64,000 nucleotides of DNA from Bdellovibrio sp. (GCA_036677065.1 JAKFBS010000002.1:888037-952036), one strand, 5' to 3'. Positions 1-10,124 are shown, counted from the first letter of the stretch. Notes: a model not told the origin generated them from the sequence alone. Numbers and translations: made by a program.

Positions 1-195
1 TACTTTGAATCGATGGTTTCTAAACTTGGAACTTCTGAATTCTTTATCGGCGAAATCAGCATCGTTTCGATGATTGGTTATGCGGACTACCGTTTTGCTT
101 CAGAAAACTGGCTGGCTAAAGCTCCGAATTTGAAAAAATGGTATGATCAGGTTCGGATTTTACCGCTGTTTACCCAAACAGAGCCTAAAAAATAG
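1..195 (+). CDS. Glutathione S-transferase family, C-terminal part (5' truncated by window)
   Basis: YADYRF...W...PNLKKWYDQV...F..TEP resembles a GST C-terminal helix; frame is open from the window start. Confidence 0.6.
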   Translation, partial: YFESMVSKLGTSEFFIGEISIVSMIGYADYRFASENWLAKAPNLKKWYDQVRILPLFTQTEPKK

Positions 196-282
196 GTTTT
201 TTCTTCAGAATTTAACCCTGTTATTTGACAAGGGTTCGGTTCGCCTTTAAAACAATTGTTCACTTTGAATATCTTTGTCGGT

Positions 283-347
<65 letters not shown>

Positions 348-359
<12 letters not shown>

Positions 360-481
360 ATTTTTTTTAGTTTGTCGCAAGACAAACACATAGCTCCGAG
401 GGTGCGCCCGAGGAGAGTCTCTCTGGAAATGAGCCTCTAGGAGAGATATTAAACCCGCAGAAATGTGGGTTTTTTACTTTT
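348..481 (+). repeat. tRNA 3' end plus structured trailer, copy 1 (complete)
   Basis: CTCTCACTACCA, then TTTGTC-GCAA-GACAAA hairpin, GGG-TGCG-CCC hairpin, and AAACCCGCA-GAAA-TGTGGGTTT terminator; recurs at 1432, 4360, 6604, 10595. Confidence 0.9.
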
Positions 482-633
482 AGAACCAGATTCGTAAACT
501 TAACGTTTCTTTGTTATCTTCAAGATTCAATTTTTTTTGAAATTTTTTATTAAGAATCAGATAAACGTTCTTTTCGAGAATGCTCGAGTTTATTTAATAA
601 TTCAATTTTAGCATGGTCGTCTAAATTTACGAA

Positions 634-1257
634 CTAGTTCTTTTGATTCCAAACGCAAGTTTGCTTGATTGCTGGTAAGCGAAAAGAAAGATTATTAGTG
701 CCTCTTACTCTTTCATCAGCTGTACGGATAGAAACTAACTGACCAGTTGCATTTTTAGTAAATACAGTTTGATCGTTGTTAGCATAGCAGCCTTGAAAAA
801 CGTAAACGCCATTAACATGACCGTACTCACAGCCTCTTAAGAGTGGCGGAGTCAAATCATCAGTTGTTTTAACTGTAGAAACTTTTAATGTGATTGCATC
901 AGCCGTAGTTTCAGCTGTGTAAACGTAAGCGTAGTCTTTACCTTGGCCGATTAAACCTTGGTTGTTATCAACGCCAGTGTAACCACGGCGAACGAATTTT
1001 GCGACTTGTTTTACGTTTTCAACATTGCCAGAAGCTAAGTGTTGTAATTTCTTAGGTAAGTCGTAGCCACCGAAAAATTGTAATGTCGTGATTGGTAAAA
1101 TTTGTTTTTCACCTGCGAAGTTTTTGAATTCGCCAATGTATAACGCTTGTTCTGTTTCATAGCCGCCATAATTACATACGCCAGTGTATTGACCTACAGT
1201 GAATGCCTGGGCTTGAATTCCTGCGAAAGCGACTGCTAATAAGATAAATTTTTTCAT
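634..1257 (-). CDS. Secreted hypothetical protein
   Basis: 207 aa, signal peptide MKKFILLAVAFAGIQAQA, AGGAG RBS. Confidence 0.75.
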   Translation of the reverse strand: MKKFILLAVAFAGIQAQAFTVGQYTGVCNYGGYETEQALYIGEFKNFAGEKQILPITTLQFFGGYDLPKKLQHLASGNVENVKQVAKFVRRGYTGVDNNQGLIGQGKDYAYVYTAETTADAITLKVSTVKTTDDLTPPLLRGCEYGHVNGVYVFQGCYANNDQTVFTKNATGQLVSIRTADERVRGTNNLSFRLPAIKQTCVWNQKN

Positions 1258-1431
1258 GAAGACTCCTATAGGTTTTTTATATTCAGGTCAGAAAACTAGG
1301 AGTTTATTTAAAAGACGTCAAATTAATTTAAGTAATGATATCGTAACTTAAATTAATGGATCAAGGCGTAATGTTATTTACAGATAACAGCAGAAGTATT
1401 TATCTGCCTGAAAAGGAAGCGATGGGTCGCA

Positions 1432-1491
1432 TTTGTCGCAAGACAAACACATAGCTCCGAGGGTGCGCCCGAGGAGAGTCTCTGTGGAAAT
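1432..1491 (+). repeat. Trailer repeat, left part (copy 2a)
   Basis: 59/60 identity to 371-430. Confidence 0.95.
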
Positions 1492-1504
1492 TGGTCTTGT
1501 GATC

Positions 1505-2167
1505 TTAAGTTTTTGTCGAAACTTTTCCATCAACAAGATAAATTTCTCTACTCGCAAGTTTTGCAAAATCAGGATCATGAGTGACTAGGACTATAGTGGT
1601 TTTCCACTCTTGATTAGCGCGCATAAGAATTTTCATCACCACTTCAGCATTTGCTGTATCTAAATTGCCCGTAGGTTCATCTGCAAAAAGATATTTAGGT
1701 TTTAAAATCAGAGCGCGCGCAATGGCAACTCGCTGCTGTTCGCCCCCTGACATTTGCGAAGGAAACTTATCCTTTTGCGCCAACACTCCAAGTTCTTCAA
1801 GCAGTGACAACGCTAAAGGCGTACATTCTGCTATCAGGTTTAAATTTCGTGCGGGCAATAATACGTTTTCAAGCGCTGTTAATTCAGGTAACAAATAATG
1901 AAATTGAAAAACAAAGCCCACCTTTTTATTACGAAATAGATGCAATTCATCGCTCGATATCTGCTGACCATTCGTATTATCTATAAATAGTTCACCCGAT
2001 GTCGCATTATCTAAAGTGCTTATGATATATAATAAAGTACTTTTTCCGCTTCCAGATTTTCCAGAAATGGCGACGAATTCTCCGTCTTTTATAGATATAG
2101 AGACATTGTGCAGAACTGTCTGCGCAGGAATTCCGAAAGATTTATTTATATTTTTTGTCGTAATCAT
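1505..2167 (-). CDS. ABC transporter ATP-binding protein (LolD/MacB type)
   Basis: GKSGSGKST Walker [25 protein letters not shown]. Confidence 0.95.
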   Translation of the reverse strand: MITTKNINKSFGIPAQTVLHNVSISIKDGEFVAISGKSGSGKSTLLYIISTLDNATSGELFIDNTNGQQISSDELHLFRNKKVGFVFQFHYLLPELTALENVLLPARNLNLIAECTPLALSLLEELGVLAQKDKFPSQMSGGEQQRVAIARALILKPKYLFADEPTGNLDTANAEVVMKILMRANQEWKTTIVLVTHDPDFAKLASREIYLVDGKVSTKT

Positions 2168-3408
2168 GTTTCAGACCTTATGATATCCATTGGAGTTAGA
2201 TTTTTAGCTTCCCAAGCAGGAATAAAACTGGCGATCAAGGCTGAAATATTAGCTGTAATAAACGCACTGAAATATATCTGCCAATCGTAACTGATCAGCA
2301 AATTATTGCTGCCGCCAATTTCAAAACCAAAATTAATGGAACCAATCCATAGACACATCAACCAACCAAGAAATAAACCTAAAAGGCCGCCCACCATACC
2401 TAAAACTATTCCTTGATAGAAAATAAGCTGAAAAATTCTTGCGGGCGAATAGCCAATAGCTCGCAGGATGGCAATTTCACGCTTTTTTTGGTTTATCATG
2501 ATCGTTAGTACATTATAGATTCCGAAAGCGGCTACCAATAACACAGACCAAGTAATAAAATACCGTGAAAAATCTTGCACACCGATGACTTCCATAAAAG
2601 CTTTATTAGCTTCTTTCCAATCTTGGACTTTATCTGTGCTGATATTTTTCCAGAAATTGGCTGTGATATTTGATTTTTCAACATCCCATAAAGCCACTGC
2701 GATTTCACTTACACGACCGGGCCGCTGAGTCACCGTTTGTACGTTCTTTAAATGGGCATAAGCTATCGATTGATCAATTTGTTCATTGCCAAAATGAAGT
2801 ATCCCCACAATTTTATAAGGACGACTCAGACCTGCACGTGAACTCACATTCACAATTTGATTTAAGTGAACACCAAGTTTTTTTGCGACGCCACTGCCAA
2901 TAACTAAGCTATTGCCGCCGCTTTTTAAGTTTAAAAATGAACCTTGCTTTATATATTTTTCGATGTGACTTACACGAGCATGTTTTTCAGGTAAGGTTCC
3001 AATTAAATTAACTGGTGCTGAAAACTGACCGCTACCAAGTAGAACATTAGTCGACAATCGTGGTGAATAGTCTAAAACTTCGGTTTCTTTATCAAGAAAT
3101 TGATACCATCCTTGAACATTTTTAATCTTTGTTTCATCACGTTTTCCCGCCGGCGCTACCCGCCAAAAAACATTTTTGTTATCACCATAAAGAACCTCTG
3201 TAATTGATTCAGGTAATATATCTTTTTCTGAACCCGAAATTAAAATGTGGGCGGTGTTACTAAGAAGCTGTTCGAAAATATATTCGCGCATTCCCAATTG
3301 AAGACCTGTTATACTGACATAAAGAAGCGTTCCAAAACTAATTCCTAATAGAATCAACAAAGTCTGTTTTTTTCTTGAAATAAGCTGTCGCCATGAAAGA
3401 AAAAACAT
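2164..3408 (-). CDS. ABC transporter permease (LolC/E-FtsX/MacB type)
   Basis: N-terminal TM, large periplasmic domain, KKREIAILRAIG motif and 3 C-terminal TMs. Confidence 0.9.
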   Translation of the reverse strand: MFFLSWRQLISRKKQTLLILLGISFGTLLYVSITGLQLGMREYIFEQLLSNTAHILISGSEKDILPESITEVLYGDNKNVFWRVAPAGKRDETKIKNVQGWYQFLDKETEVLDYSPRLSTNVLLGSGQFSAPVNLIGTLPEKHARVSHIEKYIKQGSFLNLKSGGNSLVIGSGVAKKLGVHLNQIVNVSSRAGLSRPYKIVGILHFGNEQIDQSIAYAHLKNVQTVTQRPGRVSEIAVALWDVEKSNITANFWKNISTDKVQDWKEANKAFMEVIGVQDFSRYFITWSVLLVAAFGIYNVLTIMINQKKREIAILRAIGYSPARIFQLIFYQGIVLGMVGGLLGLFLGWLMCLWIGSINFGFEIGGSNNLLISYDWQIYFSAFITANISALIASFIPAWEAKNLTPMDIIRSET

Positions 3409-3410
3409 AA

Positions 3411-4190
3411 TTAATCCTTGCTGACCAGAATTTCATCTTGATCATCAAATTGGATATTTTTTATTTCTGCAGACAAACCATCTATTAGGCCAACTTCAGC
3501 TTTAATTTTTTCTGTTTTCTGACCACGGCGCACTAATAAAAAGCCACTTCTTAATGATTTTAACGGAACTAAAGTTCCAGTGATTTTACCGATTTCGACA
3601 GAAATGTCGGCTGTCATTCCTGGTAAAATATTATTTTGTAAATGAGGAACTTCCAAAATAGCCAAGAATTCATTTTCTTTAGGAAAAACTGAAATTACTT
3701 TACCCTGAAGTACTTCGCCTCTTAAAGATTCAAACGAAATTCTTGCGTTCTGACCTTTTTTTAATCTTAAAGCGGCTTCTTGTTCTAACGAAATTTCGAT
3801 ATAACGATCATTTAAATCTTCTAAGCGAACAGCAACTAATTGTGAAGTCGCTGTTTCGCCCTCTTGAAATGACACTAAAGTGATTGTTCCAGCAAATGGT
3901 GCTTTAATGACTGTGCTTGAATCAAATTCAATAAGCTTCTGTCCTTTGCTGACCACTTCGCCTTCTTTAACAAAGACCTTGCTGACTGTCGCCATGACCC
4001 CTAATTTCACATCGTAACGATGATTCGACTTTACTTTACCTAACCCATAGACTGCTTCAAAAATTTCTCCCTGAACTGGACGGACTAATGTGTAATTCCG
4101 ATACTGGAAATAATTCTTTAATACAAATCCAAGAACCCCTAGAATGACAATTGCAATAACAATTAATCTTAACTTAAATTTGCCGTTCAT
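3411..4190 (-). CDS. Efflux periplasmic adaptor (HlyD/MFP family)
   Basis: VFVKEGEVVSKGQKL and IKAPFAGTI lipoyl-like halves, LPGMTA. Confidence 0.85.
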   Translation of the reverse strand: MNGKFKLRLIVIAIVILGVLGFVLKNYFQYRNYTLVRPVQGEIFEAVYGLGKVKSNHRYDVKLGVMATVSKVFVKEGEVVSKGQKLIEFDSSTVIKAPFAGTITLVSFQEGETATSQLVAVRLEDLNDRYIEISLEQEAALRLKKGQNARISFESLRGEVLQGKVISVFPKENEFLAILEVPHLQNNILPGMTADISVEIGKITGTLVPLKSLRSGFLLVRRGQKTEKIKAEVGLIDGLSAEIKNIQFDDQDEILVSKD

Positions 4191-4243
4191 CTCATACCCC
4201 TCAGTTTCATAGAACTCTCCAAATTAATGTTTAACTTATAAAG

Positions 4244-4342
4244 TTCAATAACTTGGCCAGCTTAATAACAAAGCTAACGCCACCCTGAGTAGAAATTAAG
4301 ACAACTTGTCATTTCTCATTCTGTTTGCAAGACATAATGACA
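4244..4342 (-). promoter_or_regulatory. Putative sigma54 promoter (TGGCCAAGTTATTGAA, 4244-4259) with activator sites at 4299-4311 and 4330-4342
   Basis: AGACA-ACT-TGTCA 40 positions from the TGG and a second site 31 bp further, same geometry as at 34.2 and 42.0 kb; -12 is non-canonical (GA). Confidence 0.55.
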
Positions 4343-4358
4343 AGCTTTCGTCCACGCG

Positions 4359-4384
4359 AAGCCCCTAGGAGAGATATTAAACCC
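4359..4384 (+). repeat. Trailer repeat, right part (copy 2b)
   Basis: AGCCCCTAGGAGAGATATTAAACCC is 24/25 identical to 432-456 and continues exactly where copy 2a stops. Confidence 0.85.
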
Positions 4385-4435
4385 TTTAGGCATTAATATT
4401 TTGACAAAAACCTTCACCAACTTTTATATGAACTC

Positions 4436-4885
4436 ATGAGACCATCTAAAGTAGCCAATCTAATGAACCTAGCCGAAGTTGTTGCTCAGAGATCTCATGA
4501 TGCCGAAACTCATGTAGGAGCTCTGCTTGTATCAAATAAAACCGGAGCCATTCTTGCGACTGGTTTTAATGGTTTTGTTCGCGGAACAAACGATAAAGAA
4601 TTACCAAACACACGCCCCGACAAATACCCCTACATGGTTCATGCTGAACAAAATCTTATCGCCAACTGCGCCCGCCACGGAATTTCAATGGATGACTGCA
4701 CTGTGGTTTGCACGCATTCACCGTGCGTTGTCTGTATGAGATTATTATTTCAGTGTGGTATTACCGAAGTTCTTTATAAGGTTTCATACACTGACTCTGA
4801 AAAAGTCAAAGAAATGAAAGACATCAAAGTTATCGAAATAGAAACTGAAGAACCTGGTATCAAAAAATTAAGATACGAAGTCTAG
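4436..4885 (+). CDS. dCMP deaminase family (ComEB-like)
   Basis: HAEQN and PCVVC zinc motifs, GFNG. Confidence 0.85.
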   Translation: MRPSKVANLMNLAEVVAQRSHDAETHVGALLVSNKTGAILATGFNGFVRGTNDKELPNTRPDKYPYMVHAEQNLIANCARHGISMDDCTVVCTHSPCVVCMRLLFQCGITEVLYKVSYTDSEKVKEMKDIKVIEIETEEPGIKKLRYEV

Positions 4886-4899
4886 TGCGCAGGTTTTAA

Positions 4900-5442
4900 A
4901 TGAATTCTCAACAAGCCGTTTTTAATTTTTGGTTTAAAGAAATTCATCCATCAGTACGATTCAAAAAAGACGAAAAATTTGACGAAGAAATTCGCAAGCG
5001 TTTTCTAAACACATATTTTGATGTCGCTGCAGGTCGCACCACTGACTGGCGTGCCACAGCTGAAGGTCGTCTTAGCGAGATTATTGTTCTTGATCAATTT
5101 TCACGAAATATGTTTCGCGATAAACCAGAAGCTTTTGCTACTGATAAGCTGGCTTTGCAGTTAGCGCAGGAAGCGGTTCACAGCGGCGACGATCAGAACC
5201 TGCCGATAGATCAGCGTGCATTTTTATATATGCCCTATATGCACAGCGAAGATATTCAAGTACACGAACAGGCTGTGAAACTTTTTTCTCAAAAGGGTTT
5301 AGAAGATAATTTAAAATATGAAATCCTGCACAAAAATATCATTGATCGTTTCGGCAGATATCCCCATCGCAATAAAATTTTAGGGCGTGATTCTACCGCG
5401 GAAGAGATCGAATTTATGAAAGGTCCTAATTCGTCTTTTTAA
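4900..5442 (+). CDS. DUF924 family protein
   Basis: IIVLDQFSRN, FLYMPYMHSE, RFGRYPHRN. Confidence 0.9.
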   Translation: MNSQQAVFNFWFKEIHPSVRFKKDEKFDEEIRKRFLNTYFDVAAGRTTDWRATAEGRLSEIIVLDQFSRNMFRDKPEAFATDKLALQLAQEAVHSGDDQNLPIDQRAFLYMPYMHSEDIQVHEQAVKLFSQKGLEDNLKYEILHKNIIDRFGRYPHRNKILGRDSTAEEIEFMKGPNSSF

Positions 5443-5479
5443 CAATCGAACCACTTAGGTTATAAGTTATGCTATTTGA

Positions 5480-6142
5480 TCAAAAATCAAAACCTGTAAT
5501 ATTTCGAAGACCCAGGCCCAAAGTAATCTGAAAATGAGAGTTGTTATGGTCTTCATGGGATTCATGGGTTCTACCGTTATAATTAAGTTCTGGAATAAAT
5601 ATCTTGAAAACTTTTATTCCGCCGAGAAAATCAAATTGTACATTTTGAATTTGGTAAAATGAAACTAAGCCGCGAATTTCCATTTCCAGCATACTAGCAG
5701 GAATATTACGACCTGTTACTGCGGGATCTTTTCCAAAAAAATGAAATTCCCCTTTTGCGTATACAAAATTTATTTGAACCAAATTCTTACCATCTACTAG
5801 TCTCCAGCCGCCAAACTTAAAGCCTCTATAATTATAGTCAGACTCAAAAACCTCTTTGTCTAAACCTGTTGGCTTATATGAGAAACTTTCATACACTTTA
5901 CCGTGAGCTATTCCTGCAAGTACACCGAACTCTTCCCCTAGTAAATATGAAACATCAAATTGAGGACCATAGTTAAACCCAGCAGTTTTTAACTCGTTTT
6001 CTTTTCCATCGTTGGGTACGCCGACGATCATTGCGAAAAAACCTTGATTATAAGATAGCGCAACTTGATCAGCAAATGCAGGCTGAATTAGGAAAGGCAA
6101 AAACATCACAATTAATATTATTTTTTTCATTTTTCTCTTCAC
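5480..6142 (-). CDS. Secreted, probable outer-membrane beta-barrel hypothetical protein
   Basis: Signal peptide, amphipathic beta pattern, C-terminal Phe; start more likely an internal Met. Confidence 0.55.
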   Translation of the reverse strand: MKRKMKKIILIVMFLPFLIQPAFADQVALSYNQGFFAMIVGVPNDGKENELKTAGFNYGPQFDVSYLLGEEFGVLAGIAHGKVYESFSYKPTGLDKEVFESDYNYRGFKFGGWRLVDGKNLVQINFVYAKGEFHFFGKDPAVTGRNIPASMLEMEIRGLVSFYQIQNVQFDFLGGIKVFKIFIPELNYNGRTHESHEDHNNSHFQITLGLGLRNITGFDF

Positions 6143-6603
6143 TTACCTGGATATGTTTTTTAAATTATAATTCTTTAACAAGAATCGTCGTATCTAATTC
6201 AGCACGATCGCAGTCTAACTTTATGTTTTCGATTAACATTTTTATGCGAAATCCATTAGCCTCGCCTGTCAATCCAAAGTAAGAATCCGTTCAGATATGA
6301 CTGGTATAAAAACTGATCTATTTTCGAAATATTCATTAAGGGCTTCCTTGGCCTTAATCGTACCTGATGGCTCGCTAAATTTTAAATAAATAGTTATTTA
6401 TGAGTCGCAAGGTCCAGCGTCGAACTCCTGGATTTCAAACCACCTAGACCGGTCTCTGGCCAAGCCAAATTGAGATGATTTTTTTAAAAAATAAGCATTT
6501 TGAGCTAGAAATGCGTAACCCACTACATGGGAGGAAGGAAATGCCTTGATTTCACCCTAAAACCCATAGCATGGTACAGCAATTGGTCGGTGTGCAGTAA
6601 TGT

Positions 6604-6734
6604 CTCTCACTACCATTTTTTATTTTGTCGCAAGACAAAAATATAGCTCCGAGGTTGCGACGGAGGAGAGTCTTTCTGGAAATAAGCCTCTAGGAGAGAT
6701 ATTAAACCTGCAGAAATGTGGTTTTTTTACTTTT
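6604..6734 (+). repeat. tRNA 3' end (att-like) plus trailer, copy 3 (complete, diverged)
   Basis: CTCTCACTACCA identical to 348-359, followed by the whole trailer including terminator. Confidence 0.9.
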
Positions 6735-6800
6735 AAGGTGTGGGCTTCTTCAACTTAGCCAGATCGAAATCTCAAGTCTCTCAGCCATTTATTAAGTATT

Positions 6801-7601
6801 TTATAAACCCAACAATTGACGACTAATATTCTTAGCAAGTTCCCAAAACATTATGGTATCGTCAGGACTAATGACAATATTATTCGCAAGCTCTTTGTGC
6901 GGATGAATATAGTTTCTGTATTCCCGCAGAACAGTTCCGATATCTTTTGTGGGTTTAGAAATCCATTTTAAGTCATGTGAAACATTTATTAGATCACTTA
7001 GAGTCCATTCGCTTAATGCTTTTGGTTTATTTAATTTCTTGTCTATTGGCGCACTGCTTGATTTGAAAATTTGAGACTGGTCATGATGCTGATTTATTTT
7101 CGCAATCAAAAGACCTTCAATAAACCCACCAATCATTACCGTCCCAGATAAAGGAATTTTATGAGTAATGCATGCAACACATTCATTCCATCTTCTAACT
7201 AAAATTTTACACATATTTGGATCAGAGATTAGAGGTGTAAAGTCAGGTGCCGCATCGGTTGTAGGTTTTTCTACCGCAGGTGCAGATTTAAGCGAATGAG
7301 ACCTAAGATCAATTAAGCTTTTTCTTAATTCTTTTAACTGAACTAAAATTTTTTGTCTCAAAGGGTTTTTATCGCTACTTTTTAAAAAAGCATCGTAAAT
7401 CGATTCGATGGGATTCAACAAATCAGTACTAATGATAGATAGATTAATTTTATGCTTTGAAAACCATGTGCCTGCTGTAGCTTTTAATAAAGATCTCTCT
7501 TCAAAGCTCGAAATTTGCCTAGTTTCTCTTTTCTTTAAATTTTTTTTCAGCACTTCCAGTTCTAATATTGCAGCCTCAATCGTATCATTAGATTTACTCA
7601 T
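6801..7601 (-). CDS. Hypothetical protein with C-terminal HEPN-like (DUF4145-like) domain
   Basis: MIGGFIEGLL...WTLSDLI...LREYRNYIHP pattern typical of HEPN. Confidence 0.6.
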   Translation of the reverse strand: MSKSNDTIEAAILELEVLKKNLKKRETRQISSFEERSLLKATAGTWFSKHKINLSIISTDLLNPIESIYDAFLKSSDKNPLRQKILVQLKELRKSLIDLRSHSLKSAPAVEKPTTDAAPDFTPLISDPNMCKILVRRWNECVACITHKIPLSGTVMIGGFIEGLLIAKINQHHDQSQIFKSSSAPIDKKLNKPKALSEWTLSDLINVSHDLKWISKPTKDIGTVLREYRNYIHPHKELANNIVISPDDTIMFWELAKNISRQLLGL

Positions 7602-7609
7602 AGCTGCTT

Positions 7610-8128
7610 TTACTTCCTTTTATTCTTTTTAGTAGTTTTTGCACCGGCATTTGGTAGTGCCATTGCAACTAAATTTTCCCCAACTGTGTTTATTGCAAAA
7701 CTTCCTTTTTCAGATCCTTTATCCAAAAATCCTGATCCGTGGGTGTTATGTAAAGTCTTATATGAATCTTTAAGACGATCTCTATTCACTTTTCTACATG
7801 CATCTTGTAATGTTTCACTATTGATTGAATCTCTTCTTTCAGACGCTGGCGCTTGGAACTTGTAGTAATAAGCTACTGCCGTAGCAAAATGTGAATCGCT
7901 CTGGGGGTTTTTAGAAGCAATGAATGTTTTGATATCTGTTATCGAGCTACTATTTGAGCTAACGTTCGTAGGACTTTGCGTTTGTTCATTTTCTAAGTTC
8001 AACCCTAATGTAGTACCCACCCTTTCTAATGCCCATCTAATTATTCTCTTTTGAACATCAGGAGTGAAACCCTCCAAGGCTTCAACAACAGCACGAACTG
8101 CCTCTAAATCATCTTTATCTTTGCTCAT
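7610..8128 (-). CDS. Hypothetical protein, probable C-terminal winged-helix
   Basis: AAGGAG RBS before ATG 8128; ends GFLDKGSEKGSFAINTVGENLV (wing-like). Confidence 0.6.
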   Translation of the reverse strand: MSKDKDDLEAVRAVVEALEGFTPDVQKRIIRWALERVGTTLGLNLENEQTQSPTNVSSNSSSITDIKTFIASKNPQSDSHFATAVAYYYKFQAPASERRDSINSETLQDACRKVNRDRLKDSYKTLHNTHGSGFLDKGSEKGSFAINTVGENLVAMALPNAGAKTTKKNKRK

Positions 8129-8167
8129 GAATCTCCTTATCATTAAAACTTTGGAAACTTTAAAAAA

Positions 8168-8809
8168 TTATGAAATCATTGATTTAATTAGCTCTACGGC
8201 TTCAGTCAACCCTCGCGCAGTCAGTGTATACCCAGAAGCAGCTGTTCCTCCAACCTCCGCACTCAATGTTCGAATGTATGTTGAACTATTTATTTTATCC
8301 CAGGCATCATAATGTTCACTAACTTGCTTAGCCTGTTCGTGTGTAAAACGCGGTTGACCAGAAGCAAGATACCCTGCCACTCCCTTTAAGAGAAAAACAT
8401 TTCTTAATCTTTGTTTCTTACTTGAACCCGGAACTTTAGAAACAACTAAATCAATTTCATCCAAGCCTAAACTAAATAATTTCGACAAAGCTTCGGTTGA
8501 AAATTGATGCCTTCTCAACCATTTCCTAGCAACTTCATTAATACCATCAGTATCATGCCCGTCAGGGGATAGATCAGCATTTTTACTCACGTCACTCCCC
8601 AGTGTTTCTGATGAGGAAGGATCTGATGAACTGCCTTTTTGATGAGAGTAGATTTTCTTATGAGGCGCGACCATGCCGTTAACATAGACTAATACACTAT
8701 GGGCAACGTCCGGGCTCAACCGTTTCACTGCTTCATACACCAAGCCAATTGCAGAAATTTGTTTTAGATTCGTATCTTCTGAGTTTTGATTGTCATTCGA
8801 ATCTGACAC
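8168..8809 (-). CDS. Hypothetical protein, probable C-terminal winged-helix
   Basis: GTG start with GGAG RBS; ends GYTLTARGLTEAVELI (wing-like). Confidence 0.6.
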   Translation of the reverse strand: MSDSNDNQNSEDTNLKQISAIGLVYEAVKRLSPDVAHSVLVYVNGMVAPHKKIYSHQKGSSSDPSSSETLGSDVSKNADLSPDGHDTDGINEVARKWLRRHQFSTEALSKLFSLGLDEIDLVVSKVPGSSKKQRLRNVFLLKGVAGYLASGQPRFTHEQAKQVSEHYDAWDKINSSTYIRTLSAEVGGTAASGYTLTARGLTEAVELIKSMIS

Positions 8810-9188
8810 TAAAATCTCCCTAGTTAGAATGTTTGACTAGAATTCAAAAGTTGACTGCGACTGGTATAGTAACGGATATAAATACATTTTTCTTTAGTTG
8901 CAAAATGAGAATTATTTAAAAAATGGTAAATAAAATATCTATTACAGCAATTTTGTCATAATCTGAGATAATTGGTTTCTAAAACTGGATAAAAGTATTT
9001 ATCGCGTTAATTTATTAACTGTGGTTAGCAACACCAGGACCTCTAATACTTTAGTTGCGAAAAAAAAAATTTGCATTACACTTAGTTCAACTTGCTCCTG
9101 AAGCAATAGTAGCGCCCACCTTTATCTACTCCTTTATTGGAGCCCTTAAAGTGGGAGAAGTAAGTTGACGTCTTACCAGGAGCACCAT

Positions 9189-10124
9189 ATGTATTTAATA
9201 CGAAGCTATGCATTGAATAATATCAAAGATAAAATTGGCCAGAATAACCATTTTCTTATTACTAGCCTAGTGGGTTTAGACGTAATTCTAAAAACACCTC
9301 CAAAAGAACTCACTGCAGAATTTACTACATGGAATCCAAAGCAAATTAAAAACAGCGTTGAAAGATCTCGAGTGTATCTACTGCAAACGTCATTTATATG
9401 GATAATTGATTGCCTTGACACCTATTTAAAATCATTAAATAGAAAGCCTTTTTATATTGAAGACCTTACTCTTGCTAAAGACTTAAATCACGAAGATGTA
9501 AGTTCGCAAATATCTGCAAAAATTTCTAAACTTGAATTACACCTAAAAAGACTCCCCGAAGTAGAAGTTAGTGTATTGCACTTAGCATTACATTGGAGAA
9601 ATTTAATAGCACATACAGATTCTAACGATATGCTAAACTCACGCTACGTTGAGATCTTAAAAAAAGAACGCGAGTACATGAAGAAAAACTTCAGCGGCCT
9701 AATTCTTGAAGATAATTTAATTTTACCAACAAACAATCCGATTCTAAAGCAAAAGACTGTAAGCGCATTTATTAAATGTATACAAACGATTATATACAAA
9801 ATCGATGAGGAACTTACTGAACAAATTAGCTTAGAACCGTATATCTATAGAATTCTTTTCAACCATCTTTCTAAGAACAAAATGAAAATGCAAACAACTT
9901 GGCAAAGAGATGTCGAAAAAATATCGTCTAGGTTGAAAAACATTTTATTAAACAATGGATTTAGAACAGAAAAGCCCGCAGATTCAGAAAATAAATATTT
10001 TACTTTTGAAGACCCGCATAAGTTCGACCACATAATTCACACCTTATCGCACATGACTTTTACAGACGCTTTTTCTTTTCTAAAAGCAAAAACTAATTGG
10101 CAAGATTTACACAAAACTAACTAA
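9189..10124 (+). CDS. Hypothetical protein with HEPN-like RxxxxH motif
   Basis: WRNLIAH motif, helical, AT-rich; AGGAG RBS before ATG 9189. Confidence 0.55.
   Translation: MYLIRSYALNNIKDKIGQNNHFLITSLVGLDVILKTPPKELTAEFTTWNPKQIKNSVERSRVYLLQTSFIWIIDCLDTYLKSLNRKPFYIEDLTLAKDLNHEDVSSQISAKISKLELHLKRLPEVEVSVLHLALHWRNLIAHTDSNDMLNSRYVEILKKEREYMKKNFSGLILEDNLILPTNNPILKQKTVSAFIKCIQTIIYKIDEELTEQISLEPYIYRILFNHLSKNKMKMQTTWQRDVEKISSRLKNILLNNGFRTEKPADSENKYFTFEDPHKFDHIIHTLSHMTFTDAFSFLKAKTNWQDLHKTN

Noticed and set aside
4267..4282. Alternative sigma54-like element TGGCGTTAGCTTTGTT
   Set aside because: Only 17 bp from the activator site; 4244-4259 fits the conserved 40-bp spacing, but TSS data are needed
6150..6600. 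Possible gene remnant or degenerate tRNA upstream of the att-like repeat
   Set aside because: Only short interrupted frames and no cloverleaf beyond the 12-bp 3' match
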